NCBI GenBank assembly: GCA_044236265.1
Contig: JBIIGV010000230.1
Span: 1 to 10,792 of the forward strand
DNA length: 10,792 bases
Source: Oligoflexales bacterium
GTDB taxonomy: Bacteria > Bdellovibrionota_B > Oligoflexia > Oligoflexales > RGVZ01
Direction of reading: 5' to 3'
A program made the translations under genes and the position numbers. Of the stretch, positions 1 to 6,963 are shown piece after piece. Below the pieces are notes generated by a model. It searched no databases. It saw only the letters and a list, made by a program, of their open reading frames with translations, and was not told the DNA's origin. Positions within the stretch are counted from its first letter, which is position 1; each line of letters starts with the position of its first letter.

Positions 1-1
1 A

Positions 2-418
2 AATCTTCAGGAGGTCTTTCTCCTAAATCAGATGCTCGACAAAGTTTATCCCCATCATATCTACAAGGTCGAGCCGCAGTCAGCGAGCTACACAACCCAC
101 GGAGATGTCTGGGACTATCTGTATGACCGCAGGCGTGCCGCCGGTGGCTCGGTGTTTTTGCCCCTGACACTGGAGCTCGGTTCCTGGCTCTGGATTAAGA
201 AAAATCCTCGCCAATTGTTCTCCGGGCTTGGGATTTTTAACCCTTTGCTGCCGCATCGGACGTCCCGTATCCTGAGGCGCCATCTTCTACTATTGGATTT
301 TCTTATGAGAGCGGCCGCCACTCCCGCGATGTGGTGCCAGGGGCTCGGCGCCCATTACTCCGCCGACGACATTCAGCGGATGGCGAAGGCTCGTTGGTAT
401 GATAAAAAGGCTGCTTGA
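2..418 (+). CDS. C-terminal part of a probable M14-family zinc carboxypeptidase-like protein (5'-truncated by window)
   Basis: Frame +2 is open from the window edge (NLQEVFLLNQMLDKVYP...) to TGA at 416-418, so ATG 32 is probably internal. The motifs YTTHGDVWDY and PLTLELGSW resemble, from memory, the C-terminal catalytic-Glu region of M14 peptidases. The N-terminal Zn ligands are not in the window. Confidence 0.55.
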   Translation, partial: NLQEVFLLNQMLDKVYPHHIYKVEPQSASYTTHGDVWDYLYDRRRAAGGSVFLPLTLELGSWLWIKKNPRQLFSGLGIFNPLLPHRTSRILRRHLLLLDFLMRAAATPAMWCQGLGAHYSADDIQRMAKARWYDKKAA

Positions 419-435
419 GCGGCCTTTCTTTTTTT
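406..435 (+). terminator. Rho-independent terminator overlapping the upstream gene's stop codon
   Basis: AAAGGCTGC (406-414) pairs with GCGGCCTTT (419-427) with one G-U pair. The loop TTGA contains the stop codon, and CTTTTTTT follows. An A-run at 404-408 could make it bidirectional. Confidence 0.85.
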
Positions 436-460
436 AAATAATCCTCCAATAAACTCCTAA

Positions 461-492
461 TATCCCTTGACACCAACACGTCTCAAGGGATA
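461..492. repeat. Perfect 10-bp inverted repeat with 12-nt spacer
   Basis: TATCCCTTGA (461-470) and TCAAGGGATA (483-492) are exact reverse complements. Confidence 0.9.
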
Positions 493-503
493 CATACGGC
501 GTC
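467..503 (+). promoter_or_regulatory. Putative sigma70-type promoter of the S10 operon
   Basis: Perfect TTGACA at 467-472 preceded by AT-rich DNA. Only a weak -10 match (GATACA/TACATA, 489-496), followed by GC-rich CGGCGTC resembling a stringent discriminator. The position after a terminator and before rpsJ implies a promoter here. Confidence 0.5.
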
Positions 504-587
504 TCTATTTTTCAGGCATGCCTGCTTAGCCAAGCCTCTGCCATCTAAATCGCAAGCCTCGCGACGCTCGGTTGCCCTGAAAAAAGA
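504..587 (+). promoter_or_regulatory. Candidate structured 5' leader (r-leader) upstream of rpsJ
   Basis: TCTaTTTTTCAGGCA (504-518) pairs with TGcCCTGAAAAAAGA (573-587), about 14 bp with two single-nt bulges. The stem encloses two CAAGCCTC copies (531-538, 553-560) and the hairpin TCGC-AAGCCTC-GCGA (550-564). Confidence 0.45.
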
Positions 588-631
588 ATAAGTTCGGTAA
601 GTTGTGAACCATCTTTACAGGGTCTCAAAAC

Positions 632-949
632 ATGGAAAATCAAAACATCAGAATCCGTTTACGTGGCTATGACCACAAGCTGATCGATAACGCAGCTGCG
701 GACATCGTCGAGCGCGCCAAGAGAACTGGTGCTCGCGTCGCCGGTCCGATTCCGTTGCCAACCGCCATCAGCCGCTACACGGTCCTCCGCAGTCCACACG
801 TGGACAAGAAGAGCCGTGAGCAGTTTGAAATTCGTACGCACAAGCGCATGCTCGATATCCTCGAAGCAAAGCAGCAGACCATTGACGCACTCATGAAGCT
901 AGACTTGGCTTCTGGTGTCGACGTCGATATCAAGCTGACTAAGAAGTAA
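632..949 (+). CDS. rpsJ: 30S ribosomal protein S10 (uS10/NusE)
   Basis: [37 protein letters not shown] motifs; first gene of the cluster. Confidence 0.99.
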   Translation: MENQNIRIRLRGYDHKLIDNAAADIVERAKRTGARVAGPIPLPTAISRYTVLRSPHVDKKSREQFEIRTHKRMLDILEAKQQTIDALMKLDLASGVDVDIKLTKK

Positions 950-993
950 GAAGCGTTTGTTCTCGTTAACCCCGTAGAAAGCAGGTCTGAGAA

Positions 994-1632
994 ATGACTA
1001 CTCCAAAAGGATTGGTAGCTAAAAAGATCGGAATGACACGCATGGTCGGCAAAGACGGCCAGATGATTGCTGTCACTCTGCTCCAAGTTGAAAACCAGAA
1101 AGTTACAAAAGTTCTAACCAAAGAGCGTGATGGCTATGACGCTTATCAAGTTGGTTACAAGGAAACTAAAGAGAAGAATCTTGGAAAGCCTGACGTTGCG
1201 CGTATGCGTAAAGTTAATGTGAATGAAAACTTCACATGCTTTAAAGAATTCCGCACTGAAGCGCCTGTGGCTATTGAGCTCGGCACTCAGTTGACAACGG
1301 ATCTACTAAACGGCGTTACAGCTGTGGACGTGACAGGACTTACAAAGGGCCGTGGATTCTCCGGCTCTGTTAAGCGTTGGGACACGGCTGTTGGTCGTTG
1401 GTCACACGGTTCTCGTTTCCACCGAAGTCCAGGATCTCTTGGTACACGTACCACTCCAGGTCGCGTATTCATGGGTAAAAAGATTCCTGGTGTTTATGGA
1501 ACCGAGCAAGTCACAATCCAAAACCTAAACGTTGTGGATGTTGATGCAGAAAACAGCTTGATCGCGTTAAGTGGCGCCGTACCGGGACACCGTAACGGTT
1601 ACCTTTTCATCAAACCATCCATCAAAGCGTGA
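994..1632 (+). CDS. rplC: 50S ribosomal protein L3 (uL3)
   Basis: [42 protein letters not shown] motifs; synteny. Confidence 0.99.
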   Translation: MTTPKGLVAKKIGMTRMVGKDGQMIAVTLLQVENQKVTKVLTKERDGYDAYQVGYKETKEKNLGKPDVARMRKVNVNENFTCFKEFRTEAPVAIELGTQLTTDLLNGVTAVDVTGLTKGRGFSGSVKRWDTAVGRWSHGSRFHRSPGSLGTRTTPGRVFMGKKIPGVYGTEQVTIQNLNVVDVDAENSLIALSGAVPGHRNGYLFIKPSIKA

Positions 1633-1651
1633 TCGGAGAGGAAGGTAACAA

Positions 1652-2293
1652 ATGGGAACTCAAATGGAAATTCAAGTAAAAGATATCAGTGGCAAGGCCG
1701 TAAAGAAAGTCGCTCTGTCGAGTGACGTCTTTGGTGTTGAGATGAATGAACACCTTCTTCATCTTGTTGTAAAAGCTTACCAAGCAAATCGTCGTCAGGG
1801 TACTCATGCTACCAAGACAAAAGCGATGGTAGCTGGTGGTGGAAAGAAGCCATTCAAGCAAAAAGGAACTGGCGAAGCGCGTCAAGGCTCAAGCCGTTCT
1901 CCTTTGAATCCAGGTGGCGGTGTATCGCATGGTCCACAACCACGCGACTACAATGAGAAGGTCAACGCCCGTTCGAAGCAAGTGGCTCTGGCTGTCGCAC
2001 TTAGCGACAAAGTACGCCACAACCGCTTGATTGTTGTCGATGACTTTAAAGTTGCTGGCAAGCCTAGCACCAAGCACGTTGTTAATGCTCTCAAAGCTCT
2101 GAAAGCAGAGAAAGCTTTGGTTCTTGATGAGCGCAAAGACGATTTGCTCTTCCGTTCGACTCGCAACATTCACGGCGCAGCTTGCGTTGCTCCAGCCGAA
2201 GTCAATGCTGAGCACGTTCTACGTTACGAAAACTTTGTCATCAGCATGACTGGACTTGACGCTCTCCAGCAGCGCTTTCAAGGGGGCAAATAA
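1652..2293 (+). CDS. rplD: 50S ribosomal protein L4 (uL4)
   Basis: RQGTHATKT, GGGKKPFKQKGTG-ARQGS, GGG..HGPQPRDY motifs; SD-like GGAGAGGAAGG upstream. ATG 1664 is an alternative start. Confidence 0.98.
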   Translation: MGTQMEIQVKDISGKAVKKVALSSDVFGVEMNEHLLHLVVKAYQANRRQGTHATKTKAMVAGGGKKPFKQKGTGEARQGSSRSPLNPGGGVSHGPQPRDYNEKVNARSKQVALAVALSDKVRHNRLIVVDDFKVAGKPSTKHVVNALKALKAEKALVLDERKDDLLFRSTRNIHGAACVAPAEVNAEHVLRYENFVISMTGLDALQQRFQGGK

Positions 2294-2580
2294 TGAATTC
2301 GTTTCAAATTCTCTCCAAGCCAGTATTGTCCGAGAAGAGTACGCTCGTTCGTGAGGACCTGAAGCAGTACACCTTCAAAGTCGATCTCCGCGCTACGAAG
2401 ACAGATGTTCGCAAAGCGATCGAAACTGTTTACGGAGTTAAAGTTGTCAAAGTTCAAACTTTGATTACACGCGGCAAAGTAGTTCGTAAGGGAAATAGCG
2501 TTTCTCTGACGAGCAAGACAAAGAAAGCGGTAGTGACACTTGTCGAAGGTGCGAAGCTTCCGTTGTTTGAAGAGCAATAA
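2293..2580 (+). CDS. rplW: 50S ribosomal protein L23 (uL23)
   Basis: PVLSEKS, YTFKVD..ATK, KKAVVTL motifs; TAATG overlap with the rplD stop codon. Confidence 0.97.
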   Translation: MNSFQILSKPVLSEKSTLVREDLKQYTFKVDLRATKTDVRKAIETVYGVKVVKVQTLITRGKVVRKGNSVSLTSKTKKAVVTLVEGAKLPLFEEQ

Positions 2581-2606
2581 AACAAAGCTGATAAGGAAAA
2601 CCAGAA

Positions 2607-3434
2607 ATGGCTATCAAGCAATACAAACCAACTACTCCAGGTCGTCGCGGCGCTTCCGTCGTCGACTTCTCGCAGCTCGACAAAGTGAAGCCACTTTCTC
2701 AAGCGCTTGAGAGTATGAAAGAGCACTCCGGTCGTAACAACACCGGTCGCATCACAATCCGTCATCAAGGCGGCGGAGCTCGTCGTCACTATCGTTTGAT
2801 CGACTGGCGTCGTGACAAACTCGATATCGTCGGCAAGGTTGAGTACGTTGAGTACGATCCGAACCGCAGCGCATTCATCGCACGCGTTCTCTACAAAGAC
2901 GGTGATCGTCGCTACATTCTTTGTCCAGATGGCCTTGCCAAGGGTGACGAAGTTGTAAGTTCCAAGACGGCTGACGTTAAGGTCGGCAACGCAATGCCTC
3001 TGAGCAATGTTCCTGTTGGTACATTCGTTCACAACATTGAAATGCGTCCCGGCAAAGGCGGCCAAATGGCTCGCTCAGCTGGTACCTACGCTCAGCTGAT
3101 GGGTCGTGTAGAAGGCTACGCTCAGCTTCGTATGCCAAGTGGTGAAATGCGCCGCGTTCCAGAAGAATGCTTCGCCTCCATTGGTCAGGTAGGAAACAAA
3201 GATCACTTCAACGAGACGATCGGTAAAGCAGGTCGTAGCCGTTGGCTTGGTATCCGTCCAACTGTTCGCGGTTGTACGATGAACCCTGTTGACCATCCGC
3301 ATGGTGGTGGTGAGGGTCGCGGTAAGGGTGGTAAGCACCCAGTATCTCCTTGGGCACAGCCAACCAAGGGTTACAAAACTCGTAAGAACAAGCGTACCGC
3401 GAAGAACATCATTCGCGATCGTCGTCAGAAGTAA
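2607..3434 (+). CDS. rplB: 50S ribosomal protein L2 (uL2)
   Basis: [40 protein letters not shown] motifs; TAAGGA SD. Confidence 0.99.
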   Translation: MAIKQYKPTTPGRRGASVVDFSQLDKVKPLSQALESMKEHSGRNNTGRITIRHQGGGARRHYRLIDWRRDKLDIVGKVEYVEYDPNRSAFIARVLYKDGDRRYILCPDGLAKGDEVVSSKTADVKVGNAMPLSNVPVGTFVHNIEMRPGKGGQMARSAGTYAQLMGRVEGYAQLRMPSGEMRRVPEECFASIGQVGNKDHFNETIGKAGRSRWLGIRPTVRGCTMNPVDHPHGGGEGRGKGGKHPVSPWAQPTKGYKTRKNKRTAKNIIRDRRQK

Positions 3435-3449
3435 TAGGAGGACACGCAC

Positions 3450-3722
3450 GTGGCTCGTTCACTCAAAAAAGGTCCGTTTGTTGATAATTACCTGTTCAAA
3501 AAGGCTGAACAGGGAAAGAAAGATAAAAAGCCTATCAAGACGTGGAGCCGCCGCTCTACGATTCTCCCAGAGTTTGTTGGTTTGACCTTCGCTGTGCACA
3601 ACGGCAACAAGTTCGTAACGATTCCTGTTACTGAGCACATGGTTGGTCATAAGTTTGGCGAATTTGCTCCGACTCGTACCTTCCATGGTCACGGGGACGA
3701 CAAAAAAGCCCCTAAAGCGTAA
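3450..3722 (+). CDS. rpsS: 30S ribosomal protein S19 (uS19)
   Basis: [35 protein letters not shown] motifs; GTG start with AGGAGG SD. Confidence 0.99.
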   Translation: MARSLKKGPFVDNYLFKKAEQGKKDKKPIKTWSRRSTILPEFVGLTFAVHNGNKFVTIPVTEHMVGHKFGEFAPTRTFHGHGDDKKAPKA

Positions 3723-3741
3723 TTGAGAGAGGCAGATCATT

Positions 3742-4071
3742 ATGTATCAGGCAGTACTCAAGAATGTTCGTATATCGCCCCGCAAGATGCGTCTTGTCGC
3801 GGACCTAGTCCGTGGAAAACAAGTCCAGCTTGCGATGGACACGTTGCAGCTCACCAATAAGAAGGGTGCGCGCATCATGTCTAAAGTTTTGAAGTCAGCG
3901 ATCAGCAACGCTTCAGACGTGGCAACTATTGATGTGGATCGTCTACATATCGCGGAAGTGACTGTAGATATGGGGCCGGCCCTCCGGCGCTTCATTCCTC
4001 GCGCACAGGGTCGCGCGACACCGGTAAAAAAGCGGATGTCGCATGTAACTCTGCGTGTCAAGGAAGTCTGA
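3742..4071 (+). CDS. rplV: 50S ribosomal protein L22 (uL22)
   Basis: RISPRKMRLVADLVRG, SAISNA, PRAQGRA, SHVT motifs. Confidence 0.99.
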   Translation: MYQAVLKNVRISPRKMRLVADLVRGKQVQLAMDTLQLTNKKGARIMSKVLKSAISNASDVATIDVDRLHIAEVTVDMGPALRRFIPRAQGRATPVKKRMSHVTLRVKEV

Positions 4072-4102
4072 TTAAACTCAAGAAAGGAAGAGGTCAGAAA
4101 GC

Positions 4103-4741
4103 GTGGGACAGAAAGTAAATCCAATTGGTTTTAGATTAGGCATCACTCGTACGTGGTCATCTCGCTGGTTTGCGGACAATAAATACAAGTCCCTTCTCCA
4201 GGAAGACATTGAGATCCGTAAGTTTATCAATAAGAAGTTCGAAGCCGCTGGCGTTTCCCATGTGGAAATTGAGCGCGCAGCTCGTAACCTTAAGATTAAC
4301 ATCCACAGCAGCCGCCCCGGTATCATCATCGGTAAGAAAGGCGCTGGAGCTGACGATCTTAAGAAGGAAATCGTAACGAAGTGCAAGATCAAGTCCGGTG
4401 ATCCAGTTCTAAACGTATTTGAAGTAAAGAAGCCTGACTTGGACGCGAAACTCGTTGCTGAAAACATTCGTCAGCAGCTTGAAAAGCGCGTGTCGTTCCG
4501 CCGTGCAATGAAAAAGGCGATGACACAGTCGATTAAAGCTGGCGCAAAAGGCATCAAGGTCAGTCTTTCAGGACGCCTTGGTGGAGCAGACATGTCCCGC
4601 ACAGAGCGCTATATGGAAGGTCGTGTTCCTCTCCATACGATGCGCGCTGATATCGACTATGCAACAGCTGAAGCTTACACGACTTATGGCCTAACAGGCG
4701 TTAAGGTGTGGATCTTCAAAGGCGACATTCTTACTAACTGA
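4103..4741 (+). CDS. rpsC: 30S ribosomal protein S3 (uS3)
   Basis: [49 protein letters not shown] motifs; GTG start. Confidence 0.99.
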   Translation: MGQKVNPIGFRLGITRTWSSRWFADNKYKSLLQEDIEIRKFINKKFEAAGVSHVEIERAARNLKINIHSSRPGIIIGKKGAGADDLKKEIVTKCKIKSGDPVLNVFEVKKPDLDAKLVAENIRQQLEKRVSFRRAMKKAMTQSIKAGAKGIKVSLSGRLGGADMSRTERYMEGRVPLHTMRADIDYATAEAYTTYGLTGVKVWIFKGDILTN

Positions 4742-4769
4742 TTTTTACTTAAGCTGAGAGGAAAGCACA

Positions 4770-5192
4770 ATGCTAGCCCCTAAGAGATTAAAATACCGCA
4801 AGTCCCACAAAGGACGCATCAAGGGTAAGGCCAAAGGCGGCACCGAGTTGACAAAGGGTGACTACGGTCTAATGGCTCTTGAATCTGGCAAGGTGACTGC
4901 TCGTCAAATCGAAGCAGCCCGTATTGCCATGACCCGTCACATTAAGCGTGGTGGAGAAGTTCTAATCAAGATCTTCCCAGATAAGCCTATCACCAAGAAG
5001 CCTGCGGAGACCCGAATGGGCTCTGGTAAAGGTGGCGTAGAGTACTACATCGCGGTGATCAAACCAGGCAAAATCCTTTATGAAATGGCCGGTGTCGATA
5101 AGGCTGTGGCGTCTGAGGCTCTTGGCCTTGCCGCTGCCAAGCTCAACATCAAGACGAAACTCATCACCAGACAAGATGATCCGTGGGGTTAA
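4770..5192 (+). CDS. rplP: 50S ribosomal protein L16 (uL16)
   Basis: [42 protein letters not shown] motifs. Confidence 0.99.
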   Translation: MLAPKRLKYRKSHKGRIKGKAKGGTELTKGDYGLMALESGKVTARQIEAARIAMTRHIKRGGEVLIKIFPDKPITKKPAETRMGSGKGGVEYYIAVIKPGKILYEMAGVDKAVASEALGLAAAKLNIKTKLITRQDDPWG

Positions 5193-5195
5193 GTT

Positions 5196-5423
5196 ATGGA
5201 TATCAATAAGCTAAATGTAAAAGAAGTGCGCGCCATGGACTCCAAGAAAATTGGAGATGCTGCCAAGTTGATTCGTAAAGAGCTTGTCGGCCTTCGTATG
5301 GACGTGTATAACGCCGGTCCACAGTCTAAGAGCAAGTCTCGTAACCTGCGTAAGACGCTGGCTCGCCTGCTCACAGTCAGTGGTGAGAAGACCAACGCAG
5401 TCGCTCAAAAAAGCAAGAAATAA
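5196..5423 (+). CDS. rpmC: 50S ribosomal protein L29 (uL29), divergent
   Basis: Canonical position between rplP and rpsQ; 75 aa; partial motifs KEVR, ELVGLRM, RKTLARLLTV. Confidence 0.88.
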   Translation: MDINKLNVKEVRAMDSKKIGDAAKLIRKELVGLRMDVYNAGPQSKSKSRNLRKTLARLLTVSGEKTNAVAQKSKK

Positions 5424-5436
5424 TTAAGAGGCAACA

Positions 5437-5703
5437 ATGAGTCAGGCATCCGAAACCAACAAAACTGTAAAAGAAATTCGCTGCGTTGTAACCAGCGACA
5501 AGATGACGAAGTCCCGCGTTGGCGTCGTCGAGCGCCTAGTGAAGCACCCGCTCGCAGGCAAGTACATCCGTCGTCGCACGAAGCTAATGTTTCATGATGA
5601 CACGAATCAATCAAAGATTGGTGACGAGGTGATCATCACCCCTAGCCGTCCATTGAGTGCAAGAAAGAAGTTCACCTTGGTACGAGTTGTACGTAAGGCG
5701 TAA
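5437..5703 (+). CDS. rpsQ: 30S ribosomal protein S17 (uS17)
   Basis: [21 protein letters not shown]...GD.V.I, RPLSARK motifs. Confidence 0.98.
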   Translation: MSQASETNKTVKEIRCVVTSDKMTKSRVGVVERLVKHPLAGKYIRRRTKLMFHDDTNQSKIGDEVIITPSRPLSARKKFTLVRVVRKA

Positions 5704-5761
5704 TTTAGGTTCGATTGGGTGCTTGTATCAAGCAAGCGCGAAACTTATAGGAGCGAACGAA

Positions 5762-6133
5762 ATGATCCAGATGGAAACAGTCCTCGCGGCAGGGGACAAC
5801 TCAGGAGCTAAGAGGCTGAAGTGCTTCAAAGTGCTGGGTGGAAGTAAGAAGAAGTATGCCTCCGTCGGCGATATCATCGTAGTCTCGGTCAAAGAGGCGG
5901 TCGCCAACAGCAAGGTAGCAAAAGGCTCCGTGCACAAGGCAGTCGTTGTCCGCACTACGAAAGAAATCAAGCGCAAAGATGGTTCTACCATCCGCTTTGA
6001 TCAGAATGCTGCGGTACTCATCAAAGGCAAAGATAACGAGCCAGTCGGCACCCGTATTTTCGGGCCGGTAGCACGTGAAGTTCGTGTAGCGGGTTTTGGT
6101 CGCATTGCGTCCCTCGCTCCCGAAGTATTGTAA
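5762..6133 (+). CDS. rplN: 50S ribosomal protein L14 (uL14)
   Basis: True start is MIQMETVL at ATG 5762 with AGGAG SD at 5749-5753, not the ORF-track start 5657. [24 protein letters not shown] motifs. Confidence 0.99.
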   Translation: MIQMETVLAAGDNSGAKRLKCFKVLGGSKKKYASVGDIIVVSVKEAVANSKVAKGSVHKAVVVRTTKEIKRKDGSTIRFDQNAAVLIKGKDNEPVGTRIFGPVAREVRVAGFGRIASLAPEVL

Positions 6134-6169
6134 TTGACACTCAACGATTGTTCGAAAGTGAGAACAACA

Positions 6170-6715
6170 ATGGATATGCCAAGACTTCAAAAACAGTATG
6201 AAAAAGAGTTCCGCGCAGCTCTCGTAAAAGAGCTGGGTCTCAAAAACGTGATGCAGGTCCCACAATTGAAAAAAATCGTGGTCAACATCGGTCAAGGAGA
6301 AGCGACTCAGAACATCAAAACTCTGGAAGCTGCTGCCGCTGAGTTAGCTGCCATCACTGGCCAAAAGCCGGTTTTGACTCGCGCTAAGAAGAGCATCGCA
6401 ACATTTAAGCTTCGTCAGGGTGCACCAATCGGTTGTTCGGTGACTCTTCGCCGTGCGCGCATGTGGGAATTCCTCGACCGTTTTATCAACGTGTCTGTTC
6501 CTCGTGTTCGCGACTTTAAGGGATTCACCCCTAAAGCGTTTGACGGTCGTGGAAACTACACTGTCGGTGTGAAAGAGCAGATTATTTTCCCGGAAATCGA
6601 TTATGACAAGGTCGACAAAATCCGTGGAATGGGGATTACTTTTGTAACGAGCTCTGAAAACGACGCTCATGCAAAAGCCCTGCTTGATAAATTCAACTTC
6701 CCGTTCCGTAAATAA
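6170..6715 (+). CDS. rplE: 50S ribosomal protein L5 (uL5)
   Basis: Start ATG 6170 (GTGAG 7 nt upstream; ATG 6176 is an alternative). [30 protein letters not shown] motifs. Confidence 0.98.
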   Translation: MDMPRLQKQYEKEFRAALVKELGLKNVMQVPQLKKIVVNIGQGEATQNIKTLEAAAAELAAITGQKPVLTRAKKSIATFKLRQGAPIGCSVTLRRARMWEFLDRFINVSVPRVRDFKGFTPKAFDGRGNYTVGVKEQIIFPEIDYDKVDKIRGMGITFVTSSENDAHAKALLDKFNFPFRK

Positions 6716-6744
6716 TCAGGACGCCCAGAGGATAGGAGCTCAAA

Positions 6745-6930
6745 ATGGCAACTAAAGCCATGATCGAAAAAGCAAACAAGAAGCCAAAGTTTTCAACTCG
6801 TGCCTACACACGTTGCACCAATTGTGGTCGCCCCAAGGCGGTTTATCGCAAGTTCGGCGTTTGCCGTATTTGCTTCCGCTTGATGGCCCTCAAGGGACTG
6901 CTCCCGGGTGTAAAAAAGGCTTCTTGGTAA
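6745..6930 (+). CDS. rpsN: 30S ribosomal protein S14, zinc-binding type Z (uS14 C+)
   Basis: 61 aa with CTNC...CRIC zinc ligands and a [10 protein letters not shown]-terminus. Confidence 0.98.
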   Translation: MATKAMIEKANKKPKFSTRAYTRCTNCGRPKAVYRKFGVCRICFRLMALKGLLPGVKKASW

Positions 6931-6963
6931 TCAACCGACTGCAAGATTTTTGGAGATAAAAAT

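Noticed and set aside
534..542. Complementarity of leader GCCTCT/TCTGCC to AGAGGC(AGA) in the rplV and rpsQ SD regions
   Set aside because: The matches are only 6 nt and are expected by chance over 10 kb, especially against G-rich SD sequences.
5175..5195. Unusual DDPWG C-terminus of uL16
   Set aside because: It is plausibly explained by GTGGGGT doubling as the SD for rpmC, and uL16 tails are variable.
5657..5761. 35-aa N-terminal extension of uL14 in the ORF track
   Set aside because: It overlaps rpsQ. The canonical MIQ start with an AGGAG SD is at 5762.
6134..6165. TTGACA right after the rplN stop as an internal promoter
   Set aside because: There is no credible -10 element 16-18 nt downstream (AAGTGAGA).
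6134..6169. 12-codon in-frame extension of uL5 (TTG start) as a possible uL24 remnant or fusion
   Set aside because: [12 protein letters not shown] has no resemblance to uL24 and no SD. ATG 6170 gives a normal-length uL5.
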